DNA of 19,635 nucleotides from positions 1-19,635 of the forward strand of contig NW_021824233.1 of assembly GCF_006345805.1 (NCBI RefSeq). Direction: 5' to 3'. The notes under the pieces are model-generated. The model was given only the letters and a program-made list of their open reading frames with translations, did not search any database and had not been told where the DNA came from. Of the stretch, positions 1-9,921 are shown one piece after another. The stretch is from Octopus sinensis (taxonomy: Eukaryota). Every line of letters begins with the position of its first letter. Position 1 is the first letter of the stretch. Position numbers and translations under genes: made by a program.

Positions 1-136
1 GTATAACCCTTAGTAGTTCTTAACGGCTGTTTCAAAAACACACAAATACACACACTTACACACGCACATATATACCTATATCTATCTATCATGTATTTAT
101 CAAACGTTTTCTCTACGAGTGTGTATTTGTGCGTGA

Positions 137-137
<1 letters not shown>

Positions 138-184
<47 letters not shown>
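138..184. repeat. (TA)n microsatellite
   Basis: Direct reading. Confidence 0.97.
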
Positions 185-187
<3 letters not shown>

Positions 188-499
188 TATGTAGTAATGT
201 AAAACCGGAACATTGTTATAAGGTACAAAATAAAGTACATATCGAAAAGAAAACAAAACAAATTTGCAGTGTTACCTTTTATTTCTATATTTCGGGCAGA
301 AGACTCCCTTCTTCATGACATTCGCAAAAGCGGTGGTTGGAAAGTGTTTGTTTCTCACTTCTGATCAACTTTGTTCTGTTTTCTTTTCAGTTTGTAATTT
401 ACATTGTACCTTCTCGCATTGTTTCGGCTTTACATAACGACATTCTTTAAATTATAACTCACAAGGTTTCACAAAGTACACAAACTACCTCATGTATAA

Positions 500-633
500 A
501 CAATATATATATATTATATATATATTATTATATATATACGTGCAAACAGATATATAATATATATATATATTATATATATATACATGCAAACAGATATATA
601 TATATATAGATGTGTGGTGTGTATGTATGTATA

Positions 634-710
<77 letters not shown>

Positions 711-716
711 GTGTAT
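500..716. repeat. Compound (TA)n/(TG)n microsatellite with a 44-bp internal duplication
   Basis: GCAAACAGATATATA at 542 and 586. Confidence 0.95.
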
Positions 717-1139
717 GAATATGTATGTTTGTGTGTGAGAAGTGAAGGATTGACGAATGATTAAGAACTATGTTTAAAAAACTAAGAAGCATTTTGTATA
801 TTGGTCTTTCGCAATTGGTTTGTGTTTATGGGGTAAAGTGGCCGTACAGAACATCTTGAAATTTATTAAATGAACTGTTTATGTAGTTAAAAGTCAAAGT
901 ATCAACCTTGTCACATACTGGTTCATGATCATTCTTCCTGAAAGTTACAGCAAGTGTATACGCCAGTTATATACTCTTTATTGAAACCTATCTATCTATT
1001 TATCTATCTATCTTTCTATGTTGTGTTTATATTCACATGCATACACAGAGACGCAAACACAACAATGTGCTTGTACGTGCTTGCATATATGTGAATTAAT
1101 TCCCTCCAAAGTGCGTCTCGTGTCATAGGTTTAATATAT

Positions 1140-1333
1140 GAGTTACCCGCTTATCACAGCGTATGAGTGACGAAGATCACAGCCTTTCCCAGACAACGAA
1201 ACATCAGTCCATTGCAGGGTGGAGGAAGGTGAAATGAAATATTTTGCTCAAGAATTCATCGCACAGCCCGGTCCGGAATCAAACTATCATCTTCCGATCG
1301 CAAGAGCAACACCTTAATCACTCCACCACGCAC
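1140..1333 (-). mobile_element. tRNA-derived SINE, family B, diverged
   Basis: Minus strand GCGTGGTGGAGTGATTAAGG...GTTTGATTCCGGACCGGGC...TTCTTGAGCAAAATATTTCATTTCACC...CCCTGCAATGGACTG; colinear with 3257-3521. Confidence 0.75.
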
Positions 1334-1370
1334 CTTCACAATGTCAGAGTAAACACAGAAAATTATTATT

Positions 1371-1592
1371 AGGCGAGTTTGCAGAATCGTTAGCACTCCA
1401 GGCAAAATGCGTAGCGGAATTTCATGCCTTTTTATGTTTTGAGTTCAAATTCCGGCGAGGTCGACTTTCTTTGGCTTTTAGCCCTTTCCGGGTTCATAAA
1501 ACAAGTACGAGTTGAGCACTGGATTCGATATAATCGACTTTATTCCCTCCACAAAGTTGTTGACCTTGTGGCAAAGTTTAAAACTATTATTA
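1371..1592 (+). mobile_element. tRNA-derived SINE, family A, diverged
   Basis: GGCGAGTTTGCAGAATCGTTAGCAC...GAGTTCAAATTCC (B-box-like)...GGTCGACTTT...AAGTACGAGTTGAGCACTGG...TAATCGACT; colinear with 6697-6914. Confidence 0.85.
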
Positions 1593-1834
1593 GAACAGTG
1601 GATTTGCTGAATCTTTATATCGTGGGGCAAAAATATCTTCTGTTTTTTTTTTGTTTTTTTTTAATATATACATATATTCTGAGGTCTAATATCGCTTAGA
1701 TTCACCAATCTTGACGTATAAATCCTTCTTTATCCTTTCATAGTGAAGAACCGGGCAAATATATGGACCGATTTAATTCTTTAACTCCTCTCACAAATTG
1801 TTGGCCTTGCATTTAACTTCAGAATGATTATTAA

Positions 1835-1885
1835 TGTTCAAATCCCGCCAAGATCAACTTTCTCTTTGATCCTCCCTGTCTCCTG
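1835..1885 (+). mobile_element. Short family A SINE body fragment
   Basis: GTTCAAATCCCGCCAAGATCAACTTTCTCTTTGATCC resembles GTTCAAATTCCGCCGAGGTCGACTTTGCCTTTCATCC. Confidence 0.5.
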
Positions 1886-1948
1886 CATAAGATTTATTAT
1901 TTGCTTTTATTTTTCAAATGTGCGTGTAATCATACATACATAGCTTTA

Positions 1949-2013
<65 letters not shown>

Positions 2014-2081
2014 CTATATAATGTATCTGCTTCATTTGATGCAACTGTGTAAATACCCGCACACGCGCGCACACACACACA

Positions 2082-2123
<42 letters not shown>

Positions 2124-2368
2124 GAACTACAGAAAGTGAAACCACTAGCGTTTTCCTTGGAATCTATCTATGAATCTATCTATCAATTTATGTGTGTGTG
2201 TATATATATATGTATATATATGTATATATATATATATGCATATATATATATATGTATATATTTATGCATATATATGTATGTATATATACTTATACATATA
2301 CGTGTGTATACACACACACATATACCTATACATATGTGTGTACACGCGCGCGCGCACACACACACACA
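1949..2368. repeat. Microsatellite cluster: (CT)n(TA)n, (CA)n, degenerate (TA)n
   Basis: Direct reading: 1949-2012, 2060-2119, 2190-2368. Confidence 0.95.
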
Positions 2369-2872
2369 AATGAGAAGGCACAAAGGGTTAGAAATTTGGC
2401 TTTATTTCGTTTTTGTAATGATCTTCTTGAACTGTTGTAAGTAAATTTTTTAAAAATTTGTTTTCTTTTTAATATGAATTTTGAAATTAATATAAGTGTT
2501 TTTATAAACAAAATGAAAAGCGAAACAATATTGTATAAAAACAAAAAAAAAATTATTTCAAAATTGAAATCTGAGAATTGAACTCAAATCAAAACTGAAT
2601 TATAATAACAAAATATATATATAAAAAAAATTACTAAAAATAAAAAAATAACTCGAATATATAATTGAATCAATAAAAAAATTATCATTTTTCTCTTGAA
2701 CTTTGATTTTAGTTTACATTTCAATTTTAGTTGTCCTCCACACACCCCACCCGTGTCCTTCCTGATTCCAGTTTATTAAAGCATCCGGAGTTTATCAATT
2801 GAAATTTTAAACTGAAAAAAAACAACACAAAACAAAGACTATATTAAATCAAAATTTCCATTTACATATTTA

Positions 2873-2904
2873 TGTGTGTGTATGTAGTATGTATAGATAT
2901 ATAT

Positions 2905-2935
<31 letters not shown>

Positions 2936-2936
2936 C

Positions 2937-2967
<31 letters not shown>

Positions 2968-2979
2968 CATATACATACA

Positions 2980-3030
<51 letters not shown>
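2873..3030. repeat. (TA)n/(TACA)n microsatellite
   Basis: Direct reading. Confidence 0.95.
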
Positions 3031-3033
<3 letters not shown>

Positions 3034-3256
3034 TCAGTATATATGTATATGAGCTTGGTCGTGTTTATTGTGTACGTTAGAGTGTGATTTTATGAGTATA
3101 GGCGAGTGTTTGTGCGCATGACGATATGTTGGGTGTGTGTTACCTCACTTTGCTCGGGGTATGTTTTTGAATGTACGTATATATAAGTGTGTTTTGGGTT
3201 GATATGTATGTTTTTTTATTTTTGTATATGTGCTTGTGTTGTTTTATGCACGTTGT

Positions 3257-3521
3257 GGAGGCGCGTGGCTCAGTGATTAGGATTTTATACTCATGATCGT
3301 AAGATTCTGATTTCGATTCCTGGACCAGGCGATTCATCTTTTTTTTTTCTTGAGGATAACACTTCATTTCACGTTGCTCCTGTCTTGTTACTCAGCTGGC
3401 AAAATTGAGTAATCCTGCGAGAGAACCGCCTCCCGTTCATGAGGTAATATATATATACGCCACAGAATCCGGAAAACTGATCTTATGAGCCTGTGGTTCA
3501 GGTAGGACCTTTGATCCTTTT
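3257..3521 (+). mobile_element. tRNA-derived SINE, family B
   Basis: A-box-like TGGCTCAGTGA (3266-3276), B-box-like TTTCGATTCC (3311-3320), then CTTGAGGATAACACTTCATTTCACGTTGCTCC, CCTGCGAGAGAACCGCCTCCCGTTCA and the ATGAGCC...GGTTC 3' end. Confidence 0.85.
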
Positions 3522-3574
3522 CATGGGTGCGAATATAGCCTAATGGTTTTGAATATTTCTTGATTGCCTCACAA

Positions 3575-3720
3575 ACGTGCTGTTCACAGTTTGATAGCAC
3601 TTCGTGGTATCTTCGGCAAGTGTAATTTATCATAACCATTGGTCTACCAAAGCCATGAGTACAGATTTGAGTAGAAAGAAGTGCATGGGAGCTTATAATC
3701 CAAAGGGCTATTGCTGGTGC
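3575..3720 (+). mobile_element. Very old family C SINE 5' half
   Basis: CACTTCGTGGTATCTTCGGCAAGTG...TACCAAAGCCATGAGTACAGATTTG aligns loosely to CACTGCGTGGCACCTTGGGCAAGTG...GACCAAAGCCTTGTGAGTGGATTTG. Confidence 0.55.
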
Positions 3721-3978
3721 ACATTGTGTCTTGCTGATTGTATCCGAGGATTATATGAATGTAATCAAATAACTAGTTTGTCTAATACCGAAACAGATAG
3801 GACATCCAATAATTTAAATTTAGCACATATGTAAGTTTGTGTGTGATGTTTTGAGCATGTATATAGCAGAAACTATTATCGTTGCTAAAACTCGGGATAT
3901 TTTTGATGAGAAAGAATTATGTTAATTACATTGGGTCTTAAGTAATAAGCAGAATTATTGAAGCGCTTGGATCATCTT

Positions 3979-4280
3979 CTATCCTTTATCCTTTACTTGT
4001 TTCAGTCATTTGACTGCAGCCATGCTGGGGCAGCGCCTTGAAGGGTTTTAGTCGAACAAATCGACCCCAGGATTTATTTTGTTTAAAGTGTAGTACTTAT
4101 TCTATCGGGCTCTTTTTGCCGAACCGATAAGTTACGGGGACGCTAACACACCAGCACCGGTTGTCAAGCAATAGTCTTCTTTCAGTGTCCGTCTACCAAG
4201 TCCAATCACAAGGCTTTAGTCGGCCCGTGGCTATATTTCGGAAGACACTTGCCTAAGTGGGACTGAACCCGGAATCAGAA
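3979..4280 (-). mobile_element. Family C SINE, 5'-truncated, internal microsatellite segment absent
   Basis: 3' half (CAGTCATTTGACTGCAGCCATGCTGG...GGTTGTCAAGC) is joined directly to the 5' half (TTCTTTCAGTGTCCGTCTACCAAG...GGGACTGAACCCGG) near 4172. Confidence 0.88.
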
Positions 4281-5148
4281 GGTTCAAGGTTCCCATACTG
4301 GGTACTTCGATCCTGTTTATAACTATAAAACCAAGCAGGGACAAATTGTCTGATGGGAGTAGGCCTAACTTTTAGCGATAAGCCTAAATAAGGTGATGGA
4401 TCTAACATGCTGTTCAGTTTAATATCATCACCTGTTTCATGGGGTGTCTTTACCAGTATTTACTAATTACTAGCATTTGGACAATCCTCCGCTTTCCCCT
4501 TTACCTAAACAGCTCAAATGGGAACATTTGCAGAATATCTAGGTACCGCTCACTCTAATTTCTACCCTAACTTTAAAAAGAAGCAAAAGCATTTTTCATA
4601 TCCTTTGGTATGTTTGGTATTAACTTAATGTAGCGAGTCAAATAGTTTTAATTAATTATTACTTTTATACCAAGAGTGAAAATAATCATTAGCTTCAAAA
4701 TAATTTCTTGTCAAGAAAAACAAGAAGGCATAACCTTGAAGTTTTAATTAATTGAAATTAATTAAAATGTATGTGGCTGCTCCAGACATACAGATATCAA
4801 GGAACTCAATAAGGAATTTAATTAACAAGCGAAAACCATGGAACTTCTATATACTAACACGTCTGTCATTGTAGAAACTGTTGAATAAGTTTTGTCTGAG
4901 TTTCTGATGTGAGAAGCTGTAATTATTATAGAGATATATTCAGACTTATCTTGGTTGCTATAGTAACAACATTTTAGTTGGCCTTCTACATCTTCTATTT
5001 TCATCCACGCTAGAGCTTCACACAGACTTAGATAGGAAAAACATTACCTTACCTAGTCTGTGCTTTTAATGCTTGTGAAGTTGATGCAGTTTAACTTTTC
5101 AAGTAGTTAAGTTAAACAAAACTCACAGATAGAAACTTTTTTCTCCAC

Positions 5149-5335
5149 TTGTTCAAATTTTGGCACAAGGTCAGCAATTTGTGGGAAGGGGTTAAATCGA
5201 TATAACAGATACTTATTTTATCGACCCCCAAAAGGAAGAATGGCAAAGTCGACCTCGGCAGAACTTGAACTCAGAACGTAAAGACAGACAACGGGCTGTT
5301 AAGTATTTTTGCTCCATGTGCTAATGATTCTGCCA
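5149..5335 (-). mobile_element. Family A SINE, diverged
   Basis: Minus strand shows GGCAGAATCATTAGCAC head, GAGTTCAAG B-box region, GGTCGACTTTGCC body and the CTTGTGCCAAAATTTGAAC tail. Confidence 0.85.
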
Positions 5336-5337
5336 AA

Positions 5338-5738
5338 AATATTCTTTTTTACTCTAGACACAAGGCCCGAAATTTTGGCGGAGGTGCCGGTCAATTAGAT
5401 TGACCCTAGTACGCAACTGGTACTTAATTTATCGACCCCTAAAGGATGGAAGGCAAAGTCGACCTTGGCGGAATTTGAACTCAGAACGTAGCGGCAGCAG
5501 AAATACCTATTTCTTTACTACCCACGAGAGGCTAAACACAGAGGAGACAAACAAGGACAGACAAACGGATTAAGTCGATTACATCGACCCCAGTGCGTAA
5601 CTGGTACTTAATTTATCGACCCCGAAAGGATGAACGGCAAAGTCGACCTCGGCGGAATTTGAACTCAGAACGTAGCGGCAGACGAAATACGGCTACGCAT
5701 TTCGCCCGGCGTACTAACGTATCTGCCAGCTCGCCGCC
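5338..5738 (-). mobile_element. Family A SINE chimeric dimer (head + body + tail type 2 + body + tail type 3)
   Basis: Minus strand starts GGCGGCGAGCTGGCAGATACGTTAG. The body motif AACTGGTACTTAATTTATCGACCCC occurs at 5415 and 5599, a 184-bp period. Confidence 0.92.
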
Positions 5739-5784
5739 TTTAGGTGGTAAAATATTAACATACTTATTTTGATAGAAGTGAAAA

Positions 5785-5958
5785 ATAGGATGACCTCTAC
5801 ATGGTCATCCGGGCCAGTAAAAATAGTAGCCAAATCTCTCTCAAATGTCCCACTCAGAAAAGGATTCATTAGATAATGTATTCATATATACTGTTAAAAT
5901 GGTGGGTCGATCGTAGCTAAAATACTATTGACGATATGACTGCTCAATCAGAGTTACC
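5785..5958 (+). repeat. Interspersed repeat family D (unclassified), copy 1
   Basis: GGTCATCCGGGCCAGTAAAAATAGTAGCCAAATCTCTCTCAAATGTCCCACT resembles the sequence from about 12428. Confidence 0.6.
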
Positions 5959-5972
5959 ATAAATTCAACAAT

Positions 5973-6297
5973 GTGACGACATGGCCTAGTGGTTAGAACA
6001 GGGGACTCGCGGTCGAGTGATCGCAGGATCGAATCTCAGACTGGGCGATGTTTGTGTTTAAGAGCGAAACACCTAAGCACCACGCGGCTTCGGCAGAAGG
6101 TAATGGCGAACTTCTGCCGACTCTTTCGCCACAACTTTCCCTTACTTTTTCTCCTGCATCTAGCAGCTTACCTGCGACGGACCGGCGTCCCGTCCAAGTG
6201 GGGAACCTATACGCCAATGAAACAGGAAAATTGGCCCTTATGAGCCAGGCGTGGCTCGAGAAGGAACAATCAAGAAACAACAATAGATTCAACAATA
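5973..6297 (+). mobile_element. tRNA-derived SINE related to family B but with a different middle module
   Basis: A-box TGGCCTAGTGG (5982-5992), B-box-like GGATCGAATCT (6026-6036), CCTGCGACGGACCGGCGTCCCGTCCA (6171-6196), terminal stem GAGCCA-GGCG-TGGCTC and a CAA-rich tail. Confidence 0.85.
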
Positions 6298-6482
6298 CCA
6301 TATGCTGATATTTTCTCATCTTACTTGTATTAATTTTCTTAAACCTAAAATGCTACCCTATTTAACAAAGCGCATCTATTACTCCTAGCATTCATTGTGA
6401 GACACGTATAACATTCTGATCAAAACTGCTTTTACTGATCACCATGAGGAGGTGACAGCCATTTTGTTCATATTCATGGGGC

Positions 6483-6670
6483 ATTGGACTGGAAGAATTG
6501 TTAGACGTCGAATAAAATGTCTTACAGTATTTACATACGGTTCTTTTTATTCTAATTTCAAATCCTACCGAAGATAACTTCTTCCATCCTTTCGGGGTCG
6601 ATAAAATAAGGTACCAGTCAAAATAGGGCTCGATGTAGTCAACCCACCCCTCCCACTTTTTCTAGAAATA
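6483..6670 (+). mobile_element. Family A SINE, strongly diverged
   Basis: CTGGAAGAATTGTTAGACGTCGAATAAAATGTCTTACAGTATTT head; CATCCTTTCGGGGTCGATAAAATAAGGTACCAGT body. Confidence 0.7.
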
Positions 6671-6696
6671 CCATTGCTAATATTCACAATCACGAA

Positions 6697-6914
6697 GACG
6701 GCAAGCTGGCAGAATCGTTAGCACGCCGGGCAAAATGCCTAGCGGTATTGCTTCCGTTTTTATGTTTCGAGTTCAAATTCCGCCGAGGACGACTTTAACT
6801 TTCATCGTTTCAGAGTCGATAAAATAGGTACCAGTTGAACACTGGAGTCGATATAATCGACTTTAGCCCTTCCCCGAAGTTGCTAGCATCGTGCCAAAAT
6901 TTGAAACCAATATT
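6697..6914 (+). mobile_element. Family A SINE, full length, tail type 1
   Basis: GACGGCAAGCTGGCAGAATCGTTAGCACGCCGGGCAAAATGC...GAGTTCAAATTCC...TAATCGACT...GTGCCAAAATTTGAAACCAATATT. Confidence 0.9.
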
Positions 6915-7069
6915 TACAATCAGACCCAATATTTCTTTATGTCATCCTTCGATAATTCGTGCCAGTTTCGAAATTCTTAGAAAAATACCCAGTACTATAG
7001 ACACTTGAAGGGTAAGATGGTCGAAACGTTGTGACTACATCAACGTGAATGAGGGCAAATACGTCATAC

Positions 7070-7639
7070 GCGCATACGTAGCTGTATAATTCAGAAGTTC
7101 GCTTCACAACTACATGCTTTCGGGTTCAGTTCTACTGCTGTGCACCTTGGTCAAATGTTATCCATTATAGCCTCGGACGAAATAATGTCTTGTCAATGAT
7201 TTGGGAGATGGAAGCTGTGTGGAAGCCCGTCATACACACATACACTGATCTTTGCTATTCCAGTGAAATATCAATTATTCAAATTCAGAGAAAATACCGG
7301 CAACATTTTACTGTCAGAGTATCTCCTAACGATAACATGATTCGGAACCTAATCGTCCGGTTTGAAAGGAGTTGATCAGGCAGCGCTTTTCCGGGAAGAG
7401 ATCCTAGGCGTATTGTGCGCACAGACGCAGCCATGGATGCTGTATGGCAAAGCGTCCTTGAGGATCCATCAGCCTCTACCCGTCGTCGCTCTGCTCAACT
7501 AGGCATCGCCAAAATATCACCTTAGAAAACTCTGAAACTGGATTTAAAAATGTTTCCATCCAAATAAAATAATAAAAAACGATCAGTTTGTAAAAGTTAT
7601 GTTTGTTTTATATCATTTAGTCTTTCAGTGGCCACCCTG

Positions 7640-7692
<53 letters not shown>

Positions 7693-7940
7693 ACACGTGT
7701 GTGTGTGTGTTATATATATATATATGTATGTGTGTGTCTTTGTACTCGTTCCCCATCTTTCGCTTGACAACCGGTGTTGAATTGTTTCCATCTCTGTAAC
7801 TTGGCAGTTTCTTCCAAAAGAGAACGATAGAATAAGTACCCCATTTAGAAACATGGTACTGGGGTCTATTTGATCAGCTAAATTCTTCAAAATGGTGTCC
7901 AAGCATGGCCGCAGTCCATTAACTAAATCAAGTAAAGGAA
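7070..7940 (+). mobile_element. Family C SINE split by the mariner fragment (5' half 7070-7235; microsatellite and 3' half 7640-7940)
   Basis: 5' half: CGGGTTCAGTTCTACTGCTGTGCACCTTGGTCAAATG...GGAAGCCCGTC. 3' half: CGCTTGACAACCGGTGTTG...GAATAAGTAC...CCAAGCATGGCCGCAGTC. Confidence 0.82.
7236..7639 (+). mobile_element. Truncated, internally deleted mariner-like transposon (rosa/DD41D-like N-terminal HTH region plus right end)
   Basis: One frame (about 7247-7564) reads YSSEISIIQIQRKYRQHFTVRVSPNDNMIRNLIVRFERS*SGSAFPGRDPRRIVRTDAAMDAVWQSVLEDPSASTRRRSAQLGIAKISP*KTLKLDLKMFPSK. This matches the N-terminal DNA-binding pattern of DUF4817/rosa-type transposases (S.RRRS.QLG....RIL..DL...PYK). It ends in GTGGCCACCCTG, the reverse complement of a CAGGGTGGCC-type TIR start. 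Left TIR and catalytic domain are absent. Confidence 0.8.
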
Positions 7941-8399
7941 TATGTTGATCACTACTACGACAGGTCAGTTGAGCGGAACATGCTCGTTGCTTTCAGTATA
8001 AGATCCACTCTTATTGTCTATTGTCTTTACTTTCTCAAAATACCACTTCACAGAGATTATTGCTGGTTATTTTTAGGTTTCAAATGCAAGAGAGGGAGAT
8101 TTTTTCCCCGGCTAATTACAAGTATAATCGCAGTTGGTAAAAGTTTATCAACTTACTACAAGACACACACAAGACCTATTTTCAGCACGTTGAACGCTGT
8201 CTTGATGTTTTTTTTTCTTCTCAGCCCTTTTGTGGAAGAGAGGAACGACTTCAAGTTTTTCTTTTTCTGCCTCTGTCTGACTCTCTGTCTGGCTGTCTCT
8301 GATATATTTTACCTGAACTAAGTATTGCCTGTGAAATATGAAGAATTGATAATTCCTTCTTTCTTCAGTAAAAGAAAATTCCTTCATCACAAAAACTCG

Positions 8400-8770
8400 C
8401 ACCACCAAGACCACGGCCACGACAACGACGACGACCACCAGCATCACCAGCATCACCACCAGCACCAGCACCACCACCACCAGCATCACTACAAACACCA
8501 GCACCGCCACCACCATCACCATCACCACCACCACCACCACCACCACCACCACCACCACCACCACCATCACCACCATAACCACTGCCGCCATCACCACGAC
8601 GACCACCACCACCGCCACGACGACCACCGCTGCCGCCGCCGCCGCCGCCGCCACCATCACCACCACCACCACCACCACCACCACCACCACCACCACCATC
8701 ACCACCTCTGTCAACGCCACCATCATTAATAACCATTACTATCAACCCCTACCATCACCAATATCAGCGC
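8400..8770. repeat. Compound trinucleotide repeat (CAC/CAT/CAG/GAC/GCC)n
   Basis: Direct reading; this produces the poly-His, poly-Val and poly-Gly ORFs in the track. Confidence 0.95.
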
Positions 8771-9024
8771 AGCGGCCGCCGCCGCCACCGTGGTGAACTT
8801 GTCACCACCCAAATCACAAACTTGGTAATACTAGCCACACCCACCCATGCCCCAGGTAATCGGATAGCAGCATCATTCCTCCCCCCCAAACCCTTCCCTC
8901 TTCTCTTGTTAAAATCTCTCTCCTTACCTTCTATTCCTTACCCCACACTGTTTCCTGTAATATCTTTCCCCACTTCACACACAACATACGCAGGTATACA
9001 CGTATGTAAACCAACGAACCAGCA

Positions 9025-9130
9025 AACTACCGCTACCACCACTACCACCACCATCGCCACCATGGCCGCTACTGCTGCTGCTGCTACTGCTGTTATTACC
9101 GCCATCTCTATAATCACCACCGCCATTACC
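9025..9130. repeat. Degenerate (CAC/CTA/GCT)n trinucleotide repeat
   Basis: Direct reading. Confidence 0.85.
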
Positions 9131-9204
9131 GCCTCTTCTTTTGTAGCACTATATACAACATTAAATAATCAATCAGTGACTGTATATGTACGTAGTCAGC
9201 TGTA

Positions 9205-9266
9205 GATATATATATATATACATATGCGCACACACATATATATATGTGTGTGTATGCGAAATTTTC

Positions 9267-9333
<67 letters not shown>

Positions 9334-9500
9334 GTCTATCTATCTATCTGTCTATCTATCTATATGTCTATCTATCTATCTGTCTATCTATCTATCTATC
9401 TATCTACATACCTACCTACCTTCGTATATACATGTATAATGCATATTTGTTTATATGTATATGTATATATATATATTTATATGCATATATGTATATGTGT
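9205..9500. repeat. (TCTA)n flanked by (TA)n
   Basis: Direct reading. Confidence 0.95.
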
Positions 9501-9589
9501 ACTCAGCCTTAACATAGGTTTGTAGTAGTAGTAGTTATCATGGCGGTGTTAGTAGTGGTGGTTTTTATTCTACCGCTCCTCCCACACAT

Positions 9590-9846
9590 CGGTTTTCGTT
9601 CCTCTTTTTCTTTTCCTTTTCCTTCCATATAATCCCACCTTACCTTCCCTCGCCGGTTCGTATACTCCTCCTTTCACTTATTCTTCACTATAATTTAGCT
9701 TCTTTTTCTCTTCCTACTCTCAGCACCATTTCTATTCCGTTTTCTTCTTTTTAATCACTCTCTTTCTATCCGCCTTCTTCCATCTCTCTGTCTCCTCGTT
9801 TTCCTCTCGCTCTATCTTTTCCCGCCCTCTGTGTGTATCTATCTTT

Positions 9847-9921
<75 letters not shown>

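Noticed and set aside
2440-2850. Possible AT-rich MITE with inverted similarity between about 2562-2600 and 2695-2730
   Set aside because: The match is short and explicable by A/T composition; no TIR or TSD could be defined.
514-3080. YI/HT/CV-rich ORFs in the track (the same applies to those at 9186-9525, 14843-15946 and 18771-19275)
   Set aside because: They are translations of (TA)n, (CA)n, (TCTA)n and (TATG)n microsatellites.
4822-5004. 60-aa minus-strand ORF, and a plus-strand exon after TACTAAC...TAG (4875)
   Set aside because: No recognisable homology; the plus-strand candidate (4875-4908) has stops in all three frames.
5973-6050. tRNA gene (also the heads at 3257 and 15135)
   Set aside because: A and B boxes are present, but there is no clean cloverleaf, and each continues into a repeated SINE body and tail.
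8148-8745. Poly-His (8325-8729), poly-Val and poly-Gly ORFs as a metal-binding or structural protein
   Set aside because: All open frames come from a stop-free trinucleotide array. There is no signal peptide, no recognisable motif such as the GHG-type repeats of squid beak proteins, and similar arrays occur nearby without ORFs.
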